Below, piece after piece: positions 28,049-38,618 of a stretch of DNA of 64,000 nt. The position numbers were made by a program, and so were the translations under genes. Every line of letters begins with the position of its first letter. The first letter of the stretch is position 1. The DNA comes from an uncultured bacterium (GTDB lineage Bacteria; Patescibacteriota; Minisyncoccia; UBA6257; 2-01-FULL-56-20), in assembly GCA_963696395.1 (NCBI GenBank), contig CAVOJZ010000002.1, forward strand, positions 70,433 through 134,432, given 5' to 3'. The notes under the pieces are model-generated. The model did no database searches. It had not been told where the DNA came from and was given only the letters and a program-made list of their open reading frames with translations.

Positions 28049-28444
28049 ATGCAAAAGCGGATTGTCCTATGGATATGGGTATTGCTCGCCATCTCGGCCA
28101 GCCTGGCGCTTTTTGTTTATATAAAAACGCTTCCGCCACCATTTGGCACGTACGATGCTTTTGCAAAATGCATAGCCTCCACGACCACAAAGTTTTATGG
28201 AGCGTTCTGGTGTCCTCATTGCCATAATCAAAAAAACTCCTTTGGTGATGCCTCCCAATATCTGCCGTATGTCGAATGTTCCACGCCGGACGGATCGGGT
28301 GAATTACCCGTATGCGTTGATGCGGGCGTAAAGAACTATCCGACGTGGGTATTTCCTGACGGCTCGCGCCTCACCGGGGAAACGGCGCTTGCCACACTTT
28401 CGCAGAAAACAGGCTGTCCGTTGCCAACATCAACCCACTCATAG
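28049..28444 (+). CDS. Membrane-anchored thioredoxin-fold oxidoreductase
   Basis: YGAFWCPHC, YVECS, YPTW cis-Pro loop. Confidence 0.85.
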   Translation: MQKRIVLWIWVLLAISASLALFVYIKTLPPPFGTYDAFAKCIASTTTKFYGAFWCPHCHNQKNSFGDASQYLPYVECSTPDGSGELPVCVDAGVKNYPTWVFPDGSRLTGETALATLSQKTGCPLPTSTHS

Positions 28445-28456
28445 TACGATTTTCTT

Positions 28457-29005
28457 ATGACTCCATTTGTCGCAAATGTAACCAACGTCCTTTCGCTCGT
28501 TATCGTCGCTTCCGATGCGCTCATCGTTTTCCTTTTACTGCTCTTGTTCACCCCGCTCAAACGCAGCCGCCGCGGAAAAGCCGTTTTGGCATTCTTTGGA
28601 TCGAACGCGATATTCTTTGCGCTCGTCGTGGCCATCGGATCGGTTGCGGGAAGTTTATTCTATTCGGAAATAGCGCACTTCGTCCCCTGTCTGCTCTGCT
28701 GGTGGCAGCGCGTCCTGCTCTATCCTCAGGCCGTTATCCTCTTTGTAGCACTCCTCGCCCGAGATGAACGGGTACGGAAATACTGCGCAACCCTCTCTGC
28801 GGGGGGCGTGCTCGTTGCCATTTACCACACCTATCTCCAGTTTGGCGGAAGCGACCTCATCCCCTGCTCGGCAACCGGCGTAAGCTGCGATAAAGTCTAT
28901 TTCCTGACCTACGGCTACGTGACCATCCCAACGATGGCGCTAACCGCTTTCGGCCTTATCTTACTCTTCTGCCTCATCCCGCACCCGCTGCACAGCGAGC
29001 GCTAA
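28457..29005 (+). CDS. Disulfide bond formation protein DsbB/BdbC family
   Basis: GSLFYSE..PCLLCWWQR, second Cys pair, GYVTIP. Confidence 0.88.
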   Translation: MTPFVANVTNVLSLVIVASDALIVFLLLLLFTPLKRSRRGKAVLAFFGSNAIFFALVVAIGSVAGSLFYSEIAHFVPCLLCWWQRVLLYPQAVILFVALLARDERVRKYCATLSAGGVLVAIYHTYLQFGGSDLIPCSATGVSCDKVYFLTYGYVTIPTMALTAFGLILLFCLIPHPLHSER

Positions 29006-30099
29006 ACGAATCGGACAACGATTATTTCCGATTTGGTTCCAATCCTCAACGGCGGCCCCCACGTCCCGACGCCGCTCGAAGTATAGACCCACATATTCTT
29101 TAGTTTCTTAAGGCCGTAATCAAAGCCTTTATACATACGCCGCGTGATATATGAGAGCGGAAAAATCTGGCCTTGATGGGTGTGCCCGAAAAATCCTCCG
29201 GAAAACCCTTTTTGTTCGATAAGATCGAGATTGTCCGGTTCGTGTTTCACGATGATGCTCGGCAGATTCTTATCCAGCGTTAAACCGGCCAATACCGTTG
29301 CGAGGTCGTCGCGTTTGTGGACGGCGCGGTAGTCCACTCCGGCAAATTGCAGCCCTTCAATCACCGCGATCTCGTTATTGAGAATTTTTATCCCAGCCGC
29401 TTGTATCGCTTTCATGCAACGATCGAACTCCCCGTAGAATTCGTGATTTCCGGTGATATAATACACGCCGTGTTCGGGCTTCAAATCACGAAATGGCTCG
29501 ACGACCGCTTCAACGTCGCACTTCACGCCGTCATAAAGATCTCCGCCGATAAAAACGGCCGCTGGTCTCTCGGCATTGATTGCAGTCACAACTTTCCGCG
29601 CAAACGCGGCACCGCGAACTGCTCCAAGGTGGATATCGCTCACGAAAACCATCCGATGATCCTTCCAGTATAGCGGAAGGTTTGGAACTGACATTTCGAT
29701 TTTGCCTACGAGAGCCCTGCCGCTATTCCACGTTCCGTATAAATGCAGGAGAAAAAGCGCGCCGAAGCAGATGCCGCCGATCAATGCCGGATCGATATAT
29801 ATTGAGAAGTATTCGAAAATGACTTCCAGGATGAAAAATGCAACACCGCCCATAAATAAGAAATGGACCAGCCCGAACCAATATGCGGCGAACGTGTAAT
29901 ACCATTGCACCAGTCGATTGCGTGAAAAATATACAAAAACCGACGCGGTAACAAACGTGAATGAAAGCACGACAAAAGCCCACCACAATATCGCGCTTTG
30001 GAAACCGAATGCTGCCGTCACCGTGGCGTACACCGTGAGGTGCACAATGAGAAGCAAAGCTTCAAAGACGATGAGTGTCGGAATAAAGGTTAGGGGCAT
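29002..30099 (-). CDS. Membrane-anchored metallophosphoesterase (YkuE/YaeI-like)
   Basis: SDIHLG, GGDLYD, TGNHE, GHTHQGQ. Confidence 0.9.
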   Translation of the reverse strand: MPLTFIPTLIVFEALLLIVHLTVYATVTAAFGFQSAILWWAFVVLSFTFVTASVFVYFSRNRLVQWYYTFAAYWFGLVHFLFMGGVAFFILEVIFEYFSIYIDPALIGGICFGALFLLHLYGTWNSGRALVGKIEMSVPNLPLYWKDHRMVFVSDIHLGAVRGAAFARKVVTAINAERPAAVFIGGDLYDGVKCDVEAVVEPFRDLKPEHGVYYITGNHEFYGEFDRCMKAIQAAGIKILNNEIAVIEGLQFAGVDYRAVHKRDDLATVLAGLTLDKNLPSIIVKHEPDNLDLIEQKGFSGGFFGHTHQGQIFPLSYITRRMYKGFDYGLKKLKNMWVYTSSGVGTWGPPLRIGTKSEIIVVRFV

Positions 30100-30113
30100 A
30101 TGGCTTGAAATTC

Positions 30114-31619
30114 TTAATCGGCGATTACGACATGATGTCCAACGGTTGCCTCTTTTGGCACGTTTATGAAAAACGCCAGAAATGCACCGCATATAACGAG
30201 AATAGCCGCGACTTCAAAAACATAGGCGTATCCGGCGACCTGCGCCTTCAAAATAATAAGCCCGACGAATTGCTGCATCGCTTGCGGCATGGCCGTGGGC
30301 ACAACGCCCTGCAATGCGCTGTTTTGTGAAATCGCGAGCACGTTTGAATTTATGGAGTTCGTGAGCAGTGTGCTGAAAATAGCAACGCCAAAAGCGCCCG
30401 AGATGTTACGAACGAGCGCAAGAATTGCCGAAGCCTCCCCGATGTCTTCGTGTGGCACAACTGCGGCGACCAGATTGGTGCGCTGAGCCATACCAAAGCC
30501 AAGACCGAATGCCAAAATAGACAACGGAATGGAAATCTGGAAGCCCGTAGAGCGTGGGTCGATGCCGGCGAGCATCAGCATCGCGAGGCCGGCGACGAAT
30601 GTGCTCGCGAAGATCACGTATGACGGCTTCACCCTTCCGATGAGCCGCCCGCCAAGCGGGGCTGCGATCATCATGGCAATGGCAAGCGGGATAAACAGGT
30701 ATCCGGTCTGCGTCGCGTCGTAACCGAGAAATGTTTCTGCGAAGATCGGGATGAGGAAAATCGACCCGATGAGACCCATGAAAACGATAAAATTATTTGT
30801 GAGCGTACTCACAAATGTGCCGATCTTAAAGAACTTCAGATTGACGATGGGCTCTGGTTCTCTTTGCTCGATCGCAATAAATACAACGGTGAAAACAATA
30901 ACGGAAACATAACATACAAGGCTTGCAGCCGATCCCCAGCCCCACGTTTGGCCCTGATCAAGAACAAGGGTAAGCGCTGAGAGTGCGGCGCCAAGCGTTG
31001 CCGAACCCCACCAGTCGAATTTTACGGTTCGCCGTTCCCCCACCGATTCGCTGATAAAGGTAATCGCCAGGAACAATCCGATCAGTCCGAGCGGAATGTT
31101 AATGAAGAAGACGGAGCGCCAGTTGAAATTATCGATTAACGGTCCGCCGATGAGCGGTCCGAAAACGGACGCCACAGCAAAGGCCGCAGACCATATGCCC
31201 AAAGCTTGGGCGCGTTCTTTCATATCTTCAAATGTCACCGCGATGATGGCCATCGCCGTCGGATAATCAGCCGAAACCGCAAATCCCTGAATGATGCGGA
31301 ATACGAGCATCGAACTCAAATTCCACGCAATAGCGCACAGAGCGGACGCGATGATGAAGCCGATGAAGCCGATCAGATACACCCGTTTCCGCCCGGCGGT
31401 GTCGCCAAGTTTGCCCCAAACCGGAACGAAAACTGCATTCGCCAAAATATAGGCGGTGGAAATCCAGGCTGCATCGGAGACGGAGATGCCAAAATCACCG
31501 ATGATTTTCGGAAGGGCGAGGTTGACGACCGTCTGGTCAAGACGACCGAGGAATGTTCCGAAGATGACGGTGCCAAGCACCCACCAGCGCCATTTATTGC
31601 TTGTCTCGTCGGTCGGCAT
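30114..31619 (-). CDS. DHA2 (EmrB/QacA) MFS efflux permease
   Basis: LDQTVVNLALP, GKLGDTAGRKR, WRSVFFINIP; 14 TM. Confidence 0.92.
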   Translation of the reverse strand: MPTDETSNKWRWWVLGTVIFGTFLGRLDQTVVNLALPKIIGDFGISVSDAAWISTAYILANAVFVPVWGKLGDTAGRKRVYLIGFIGFIIASALCAIAWNLSSMLVFRIIQGFAVSADYPTAMAIIAVTFEDMKERAQALGIWSAAFAVASVFGPLIGGPLIDNFNWRSVFFINIPLGLIGLFLAITFISESVGERRTVKFDWWGSATLGAALSALTLVLDQGQTWGWGSAASLVCYVSVIVFTVVFIAIEQREPEPIVNLKFFKIGTFVSTLTNNFIVFMGLIGSIFLIPIFAETFLGYDATQTGYLFIPLAIAMMIAAPLGGRLIGRVKPSYVIFASTFVAGLAMLMLAGIDPRSTGFQISIPLSILAFGLGFGMAQRTNLVAAVVPHEDIGEASAILALVRNISGAFGVAIFSTLLTNSINSNVLAISQNSALQGVVPTAMPQAMQQFVGLIILKAQVAGYAYVFEVAAILVICGAFLAFFINVPKEATVGHHVVIAD

Positions 31620-31625
31620 GCAGGG

Positions 31626-32273
31626 TTATGGTTTATACACCCAGATCCTGGCTGACATGCCGTTTTTCAATTCCGGATATTTTGACGGATCGAACCGAAC
31701 ATATACATCGAACTGATTTGTCGGCCGCTGATCCGAAATGTTAAATACCACGTCGGTCTGCCGCGACGTCGGGCTCACTTCATCCACCACTCCCTGATAT
31801 TGCTTTGAACCGAACGCATCAACGGTGAAAGTTGCCGGATCTCCAACGGCGACGTCCGCGAGTCCTTTGTTTTCGTCCAGATAGCCGACGACCCGAAGCT
31901 GCGTCGGATCAACCATGGTCGCAACGATTGCCTGACCGGTAAACGCATTCTCGTATTCCCCGAGGTTGTTGTCTATCGAAACGATTTGCCCGGCGGTTTG
32001 CGCCTTTACGATTTCGTTGCCGACTTCCGCGATCGGCTGGTCTACGGAAACCATATCGCCGGCTTTTACGAAAACAGCCTGAAGGTTGCCTGAATTGATC
32101 GGGGATAAATTGATGAGCGGCGCCTGGATAATGGACTGGTCAATGTATACGGTTTTATTTGAAACATAATAATACAAACCCGCGCCGATGCCGCCGACGA
32201 TAAGGATCACCACCATAATTACAACAATCGCTCTGCTGCGTCCTTTTTCTTTTTTGGGTTCGGTTTCAGCCAT
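31626..32273 (-). CDS. Short EmrA/HlyD-like adaptor
   Basis: N-terminal TM; lipoyl-like VKAGDMV; LKNGMSA; no coiled coil. Confidence 0.8.
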   Translation of the reverse strand: MAETEPKKEKGRSRAIVVIMVVILIVGGIGAGLYYYVSNKTVYIDQSIIQAPLINLSPINSGNLQAVFVKAGDMVSVDQPIAEVGNEIVKAQTAGQIVSIDNNLGEYENAFTGQAIVATMVDPTQLRVVGYLDENKGLADVAVGDPATFTVDAFGSKQYQGVVDEVSPTSRQTDVVFNISDQRPTNQFDVYVRFDPSKYPELKNGMSARIWVYKP

Positions 32274-32284
32274 AGTATTGGTAA

Positions 32285-33781
32285 TTAATAGCTGGTTAAT
32301 GTGTCCCCCGCATTCACGCCGGAAACGATCTCTGTTGTGCCATTGTCACCCGTGAGTCCAATCGTCACCTGTTGTTTCGTTGATTGCCCATCATGGGAAA
32401 CAAGCACAAAATAATTATTGCCTTCATTGATCACGAGATGGCTCGGAACGGTCACAACATTGTCATGCTCGCCAAGAATAATGTGCACGTTGCCGGTCAT
32501 GCCGTCTTTGATGCGACTGTCTGGATTTGTGAAATGCAATTCAACTTCGTATGATGGTGTGCTGTTCACCACGGTCTCCGCATTAGCAACCGTAGTGATT
32601 GTCGCCGGGAAAACCGTATCTGTGCCGAAAGCATCGAGCGTTACGTTTGCCGCATCTCCAGCCTTGATTTTTGCGACATCAGCTTCGGAAACATAGGTTT
32701 GCACTTTGAGACCGCTGCTATTGATAAGAGAAAGCATCGAAACGCCCGGCGAAACAACCTGCCCTATCACGGCGGTTAAGTTTTCAACGGTACCATCGAA
32801 TGGTGCGACGAGTTCAGCATGCTGCAGGGCGACCTCCGAACTTGAAACGGCCGCTTGCGCCTGAAGCACGGCGGCCTGCTGGGCCTCGATCTGCTGGGAA
32901 GTTGCGCCTGCTTCTGCGAGCGCAAGCTGGCCCTGGGCGGTCTGCAACGCCGCCTGAGTCGCAGTAAGGCCGGTAATGGCACCGTTTACCTCCGCGCGTG
33001 CCACTTCAACATTCGCTTTGAACCCGGCAAGTATGGCCGGCGTCACCTCCGAGTTTGCCGTTGCGCTGTTCACGGCAAGCGCCACCGTGTTCAAGTACTC
33101 TGAAATCTGCTGGAGGGTCTGGCCTGCAATTCCCGTGAGCGTCGCCTGGCTTGTGCCGGTTGCATTCGCTGCGGCATACCACGAAGAAAGCTCACCACCC
33201 ACTGCTATCCGACTGTTTTCGATATTGATGACGGTTTGGGAATTGGCGACAGGAACGATAAAGACCGGATTATTGGTATTCGGCGTGGTGAAAAAATTAT
33301 CGGTTTGCGTGTGAATCGCGTCATCGGCGGCGGTATACGCACTGCCAAGTGCGACCGAGAGCGATGCGGACGCATTCGAAACTGCAGTTTGATCAATTGA
33401 TAATTGCTCCGGCCGCGTTCCGCTTTGCAGGCCATCGAGCGTCGCTTGCGCCGCCGCCAATCCCGCATTGGCCTGGTTTACGGCCGCATTCAACGCGGAA
33501 GTATCGAGGCTCGCAAGAACCGTTCCCGCCCCGACCGAATCGCCCTCGCTTACATTGAGCGAAGTTATTTGCCCTGCCGTCTGAAATGAAAGCACGGCGC
33601 TCTTTTCGGTAAGCACGGAACCGGGTTCATCGAGCGACGCGGTGACATTGCCACGCGTGGCGGTCACGGTATTAAAAGTGGGCGCCTGACTGGAAGCGAC
33701 ATACCAATATGCACCGCCGCCGGCAAGAATGACAACAATCACAATGAGGAATATCCGATATTTCTTAAAAAATGTTTTCAT
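32285..33781 (-). CDS. Efflux membrane fusion (periplasmic adaptor) protein
   Basis: VSEGDSV..LASLD, long coiled coil, APFDG, IKDGMTG. Confidence 0.88.
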   Translation of the reverse strand: MKTFFKKYRIFLIVIVVILAGGGAYWYVASSQAPTFNTVTATRGNVTASLDEPGSVLTEKSAVLSFQTAGQITSLNVSEGDSVGAGTVLASLDTSALNAAVNQANAGLAAAQATLDGLQSGTRPEQLSIDQTAVSNASASLSVALGSAYTAADDAIHTQTDNFFTTPNTNNPVFIVPVANSQTVINIENSRIAVGGELSSWYAAANATGTSQATLTGIAGQTLQQISEYLNTVALAVNSATANSEVTPAILAGFKANVEVARAEVNGAITGLTATQAALQTAQGQLALAEAGATSQQIEAQQAAVLQAQAAVSSSEVALQHAELVAPFDGTVENLTAVIGQVVSPGVSMLSLINSSGLKVQTYVSEADVAKIKAGDAANVTLDAFGTDTVFPATITTVANAETVVNSTPSYEVELHFTNPDSRIKDGMTGNVHIILGEHDNVVTVPSHLVINEGNNYFVLVSHDGQSTKQQVTIGLTGDNGTTEIVSGVNAGDTLTSY

Positions 33782-34209
33782 GCGGTTTTAATATTTTTTG
33801 AAATTTTTTTGAGGATGGCAATCAGTTGGGTTCGTTCGCTCGCACTCAGGACAGAAAAAAGTTTTCTGAGTCGGTTAAGATGGGCATCGATTCCTTTTGT
33901 GAGATACCGATGGCCTGTTTCGGTCAACGCAAGACGGATCGCCCGGCGATCCTTTGCGTCATAAATCCGTTTGAGCAGCTTTTCCCGGACGAGAGCGTCA
34001 ATGAGAAGCGTCGCCGCCGGAGGCGTGATTCGGAAATAATTGGCAACATCCCGCATGTGAGGCCGGCCGTTTTCTTTTACGTAGCGCAAGGTCTCGAACT
34101 GCAGAAAAGAAGCTGATTTGTCCTTGGTGACGCTCTTTCGCATACTTTCCCGCAAGGAGCGTCCCACAACAAAAAGCAACGACAAAAGTTCTGAAATGCT
34201 TGATTCCAT
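33778..34209 (-). CDS. MarR-family regulator
   Basis: ITPPAATLLIDAL, DRRAIRLALTETG. Confidence 0.9.
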   Translation of the reverse strand: MESSISELLSLLFVVGRSLRESMRKSVTKDKSASFLQFETLRYVKENGRPHMRDVANYFRITPPAATLLIDALVREKLLKRIYDAKDRRAIRLALTETGHRYLTKGIDAHLNRLRKLFSVLSASERTQLIAILKKISKNIKTA

Positions 34210-34233
34210 TAATAATTAGGTATCTTAACTATC

Positions 34234-36153
34234 TTAACGCAATTTCGCCGCGCGGACAAGTCCGGTGATAAGAACCTCTATGTCAATCGTGGCGACACCA
34301 ACGACGGCATCTGCGCCACCATAATATACGTATAACGTATCTTTTATTAGCACCGCGCCACAGGGAAAAACGACGTTCGAAACGACACCATTCTTCTCAT
34401 ATGCCATCTTTGGCTCAAGAAGCGGATCATGCGTTCGATAGAGTATTTTGGAAGGGTCGTCGCGATCCAGCAACGCGGCACGGACATTATAATGGCCGGT
34501 ACGCTTCGAAATGCCGTGATAGAAGCAGATCCAGCCGTACTCGGTCTCGATCGGCGGCGACGTGCCGCCAATGCGGCGCGAATCCCATGCGGTATCCCGC
34601 GGTCGCATCAATATCTTCCCGCCGAGGAATTTGGTTGTCCCGTCAAACGCAAGATCTGGAACGGCGTCGATCCAAATATCGGACCCGAGGCGATGCAAAA
34701 ACCAATATTTTCCTTTGATTTTTTTCGGGAACAATACCGCATCTTTATCGTCGAGACCCGGCGGCGAAATCAGAACCGGTTTGGCCCATTTCCAATCTCG
34801 TTTCAAAAAATTATCGACAGAAATGGAGGTAAATGCCACGCGTGGCGGCCCGTTTCCGTCAAATCCCGTGTAGCACATATAGATGGCATCGCCGATTTTC
34901 GTGAGCCGCGGATCTTCACATCCTGAATTACCTCCCGGAACCATTTTCTTTTCGAAGGCTTCGCGCGGAAGATACACCGGAACGCCCAGCCGTTCGTCAA
35001 TATGAAGCCCGTCGCGCGAAACAGCATACCCCATCACAGAGGTATTGTCGGCGCCCATGGCGCGATACAAAATATGCACCCGGTTCTTTTCATAAATCGC
35101 CGCCGGATTAAACGTCCCCACCGACTCCCAGGAATGTTCTTTGATGGGAACAATAATCGGATTTCCTTCAAAACGCGACAACTCCCGTTCGGCGGTGAAA
35201 ACGAGTTGCTCGAGCAGATCTTTTAATGGAATACTTGCAACGCACGACACCGTATCTGCGGCGCCATAATAGAGATAGGCTTCTTTTTTCATTATCAGCG
35301 CGCCCGACGGAAACACAATGTGCGGCACGCGGCCGTAATGCTCATACTCCTCTTCGGGAATGAGAAATGGCCGCTTCACTTCTCCTACGATCTTCTTCGG
35401 GTCATTGATGTCGAGCAAAGCCGCCTGCACGCCAAAGATTGCCGGGGGAGAAAAATAATTGTAGATATACGAGTAGAAAATGAGCCAGCCATTTTTGGTT
35501 TTTACCGGCTGTGAACCGACTTCGATCTGGTCGCGTTCAAAGTTTTCCTCGATGGGAACCACGTGCTCCTCCCATTCGGCATACCACTTCTTCCAATATG
35601 CCTCCGACCACATGTCTTCGATGCGGTCGAACAGGGCGAGCGCTATCTTTGCCGGCGGCTTGTCGGTGTGCACGGTAAGGATCGCCGCGATTTTGCCATT
35701 AATTCTTTCCGGAAAGAGCGCCATGGCTTTTGCGTTGAAAGGCGTCACCAAGTGCCTCTCCTCGATCGTCTTAAAATCCTTCGTGATTGCAACCGCAACT
35801 TTAATTCCTTCGGCGTTGAACTCCTGAACGGCCGTATAAAAAATAAAAAATCGGCCCTCGAACTCCGTGACTCGCGGATCTTCACAGCCAAAACGTTCCC
35901 ACGGGTATTGCGGCATGATGAGACGCGAGCGCTCTCCGAAGTGGATTCCGTCCTTCCCGACCGCATGGCCAATCGAAGAAATTTCGAGCTCAACATCCCC
36001 TACGCGCTGCTTCGGCGCAACCGCGCGGTACAACATATGCACTTTTCCTCCCGCTTCGACTACCGTCGGATTGTAAGCCCCAACGGCTTCCCATGGCGTT
36101 GTAGGATCCGGCAATAAGATCGGATTATTCGATAACCGTTTGATGAATGGCAT
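34234..36153 (-). CDS. Tandem double GH130 (beta-mannoside phosphorylase-like) protein
   Basis: Two NP..GCEDPR..VFP.GA..YYG.AD units. Confidence 0.88.
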   Translation of the reverse strand: MPFIKRLSNNPILLPDPTTPWEAVGAYNPTVVEAGGKVHMLYRAVAPKQRVGDVELEISSIGHAVGKDGIHFGERSRLIMPQYPWERFGCEDPRVTEFEGRFFIFYTAVQEFNAEGIKVAVAITKDFKTIEERHLVTPFNAKAMALFPERINGKIAAILTVHTDKPPAKIALALFDRIEDMWSEAYWKKWYAEWEEHVVPIEENFERDQIEVGSQPVKTKNGWLIFYSYIYNYFSPPAIFGVQAALLDINDPKKIVGEVKRPFLIPEEEYEHYGRVPHIVFPSGALIMKKEAYLYYGAADTVSCVASIPLKDLLEQLVFTAERELSRFEGNPIIVPIKEHSWESVGTFNPAAIYEKNRVHILYRAMGADNTSVMGYAVSRDGLHIDERLGVPVYLPREAFEKKMVPGGNSGCEDPRLTKIGDAIYMCYTGFDGNGPPRVAFTSISVDNFLKRDWKWAKPVLISPPGLDDKDAVLFPKKIKGKYWFLHRLGSDIWIDAVPDLAFDGTTKFLGGKILMRPRDTAWDSRRIGGTSPPIETEYGWICFYHGISKRTGHYNVRAALLDRDDPSKILYRTHDPLLEPKMAYEKNGVVSNVVFPCGAVLIKDTLYVYYGGADAVVGVATIDIEVLITGLVRAAKLR

Positions 36154-37400
36154 TATATGGCTTTTCTTGGTTTTGCTTCAGGCTGCAATTTCGGTGACGC
36201 ATGACGCTGGAGGTCATCGAGAAAATGATCCAAGTCAGCCATGGCAACACAGGTCACCGAGTCGCTCCCTCCGTAATAAACGTACAATTCGTTGCTCTTC
36301 ACGATGGCTCCGCATGAATATACAATGCCCGATTTGAATCCGTTATTTTCATAATCGGTATCCGGCTCAAGAATCGGCTGGCGGGAACGGTACAAAATTT
36401 TAGTCGGGTCGTTTCCATCGAGAATCATTGCGCCCAGCTTGTAACGCCCCGGATCGCGGCCGTCAATGGCATGATAAAAAAGGAGCCATCCGAGCTTTGT
36501 CCTGATTGGCGGCGGCCCAGCTCCACGGACAAAACTATCCCACCGTTCGGGATGAGAAACGATGGTCCGATTGCTTTCAACGACCCGGCTGCCGTTCTCA
36601 AGGTCTTCCATGGTGTCAAAGTAATCAACCAGAATTTTCGGCGAAATACTGTGGAGGAGCGCGAATTTTCCGTTAATTTTTTCCGGAAACAGCATCCAGT
36701 TTTTATGGATTTCACCGGGCGGAGATATCAATGCCGGATTTTTCCAGTTCCATTTTTTCCGTAAAAAATCCTCGACAGCAATCGAGGAAAGCGCGATGCG
36801 AATCGAACCCCAACCGTCAAAAGCGGTGTAGGTGAGATAGATGCGGTCATCGATCATGGTGATCCGCGGATCTTCACACCCTCCATTCCACCCCCCGCCG
36901 GAACAATAGGCGGCCGGCGGAGCCTCCTTGCGAATCGCTGTAATTTTTTCGGTGGTCCGCGGAATATAGGCGGGCTCGGACAGGCGCTCGTTGATTGTGA
37001 CACCGTCATCGCTTGAAGCATATCCCAGAACAGAAACGTCATCGCCACCGATTGCGCGATACAAAAGATGTACTCGCCTATCGGCATACACCGCTCCAGG
37101 ATTGAATGTTGCTTTCATCTCCCAGAAATTATGTTGGCGCGGTTCTATGATTGGATTTTCTTCATGGCGACGGAGCGGCTGTTCGAAATGATCTTCGCGC
37201 TTGTCACGGACAATGCGTGCATCCCGGATCGCCTGCAAAAGCATCGCCCTTCGAGCGGCTTTCGATACGCGACTGCTAACCGGCTTAGGAATTTTCCCGG
37301 GTTTTTTTCCGGCAACGATGCGTTTTTTCGGAGCGGCTTTTTTTAAAGTCTTCTTCTTTCGCGACGCGGGAGTTTTCTTTTTTTGTTTTACAAGAGGCAT
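36153..37400 (-). CDS. GH130 protein with Lys-rich N-terminal extension
   Basis: FNPGA, GCEDPR, YYGGSD; KKKKTPASRKKKTLKKAAPKK tail. Confidence 0.86.
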   Translation of the reverse strand: MPLVKQKKKTPASRKKKTLKKAAPKKRIVAGKKPGKIPKPVSSRVSKAARRAMLLQAIRDARIVRDKREDHFEQPLRRHEENPIIEPRQHNFWEMKATFNPGAVYADRRVHLLYRAIGGDDVSVLGYASSDDGVTINERLSEPAYIPRTTEKITAIRKEAPPAAYCSGGGWNGGCEDPRITMIDDRIYLTYTAFDGWGSIRIALSSIAVEDFLRKKWNWKNPALISPPGEIHKNWMLFPEKINGKFALLHSISPKILVDYFDTMEDLENGSRVVESNRTIVSHPERWDSFVRGAGPPPIRTKLGWLLFYHAIDGRDPGRYKLGAMILDGNDPTKILYRSRQPILEPDTDYENNGFKSGIVYSCGAIVKSNELYVYYGGSDSVTCVAMADLDHFLDDLQRHASPKLQPEAKPRKAI

Positions 37401-37554
37401 AGTGAATGACGCGCCCAAGAACACTCAAAAGACAGGGCTTCCCTTTGCTTCCATTATATATCGTTTTGATGAAATTTAATGAAAAACTGTGGATAATCCC
37501 GTTTTTATGCTAATATAATCTCGAAAAGAGCTAACGAAAACGACGACAAAAAAG

Positions 37555-38109
37555 ATGCCGCTTATAAATATCTTTAGACGATGGCTGCCGATTGCATTTG
37601 TTATCTGCTGTTTTTGCGGCCTAAGCTACCTCACCGTCCAGCAATCGTATCGCCAAACGGCGAATGATCCCCAAATTCAGATGGCAGAAGATGACGCAGC
37701 GGCACTGTCAGCGGGAACACCTTCCTCGACCATAATTCCGTCGGGGAAAATAGATATCGCTGGAAGTCTCGCGCCGTACGTTGTGGTGTATGACGAAACA
37801 GGAAAATCGGTCGCAGGAAATGGATATTTGGAAAATGCTCTGCCCTCGCTTCCCTCGGGAATTTTTGCCGCGGCACGCAACAACGGCGAAGACCGCGTAA
37901 CCTGGCAAGCTCGTCCTGGCGTCCGGAGCGCAATCGTCGTCACCCATATCAACGGAATGACCGGAGGGTTTGTGATGGCGGGCAGATCCCTTCGTGAAAT
38001 CGAAATGCGCGAGGACGCGCTCACGCTGGACACTGGCATCGTATTCGTCTTTGCAATCGTCGGAAGTTTTATACTGGTGGCGTTTGGGACTTTGTGGGAT
38101 AGAAAATAA
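37555..38109 (+). CDS. Two-TM protein with extracytoplasmic sensor-like domain
   Basis: TM - alpha/beta domain (YVVVYD..G, FVMAGRSL) - TM; no signalling domain. Confidence 0.65.
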   Translation: MPLINIFRRWLPIAFVICCFCGLSYLTVQQSYRQTANDPQIQMAEDDAAALSAGTPSSTIIPSGKIDIAGSLAPYVVVYDETGKSVAGNGYLENALPSLPSGIFAAARNNGEDRVTWQARPGVRSAIVVTHINGMTGGFVMAGRSLREIEMREDALTLDTGIVFVFAIVGSFILVAFGTLWDRK

Positions 38110-38139
38110 AAAAACGCCGCCATTCGGCAGCGTTTTTTT
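38108..38139. terminator. Bidirectional terminator
   Basis: A-tract, cgccgcc/ggcagcg stem, T-tract. Confidence 0.7.
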
Positions 38140-38145
38140 ATTTTT

Positions 38146-38586
38146 CTATTGGCTGCTGGGACTCGGAGCACCACCTTGAGCACCAAATCCAGCGCCACTC
38201 CCCTGGCGAACCTGAATGGTTTGCGCAGTGAAACTACCGTCGGCATTCTGCGTTCCCGCAACCGTCACCATCGTACCCGTCGTGAGGACGCTCACTGGAA
38301 CAGTCGTTGGTTTTGAAACTGACGTAGAGCTCGAATAGAATACGATCTCAGAACTTCCCGTCGGGAGCTGCACCGTGATACTGCTCGAATCGATAGCCGC
38401 AATCTGGCCTGCAATAAACGTCCCGCTAGCGCCAGTCCGCCCGGAAAATCCGACCCGCGTTGACGATGTGAAACTCCCCTTTCCCGCCGATGTGGCTGAA
38501 ACGGTTGTCTTGCCGTAGTACACGCCACCGATAAACCCGACGATCACAACAATAATCCAAATCACATGAACACCGTATTTTTTCAT
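38146..38586 (-). CDS. DUF5666-like membrane-anchored protein
   Basis: N-terminal TM; GQIAAID..ITV, VTVAGTQNADGSFTAQTIQ. Confidence 0.7.
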   Translation of the reverse strand: MKKYGVHVIWIIVVIVGFIGGVYYGKTTVSATSAGKGSFTSSTRVGFSGRTGASGTFIAGQIAAIDSSSITVQLPTGSSEIVFYSSSTSVSKPTTVPVSVLTTGTMVTVAGTQNADGSFTAQTIQVRQGSGAGFGAQGGAPSPSSQ

Positions 38587-38618
38587 ATTTTTTATTTTTT
38601 TTCGACGTTTTATTTTAA

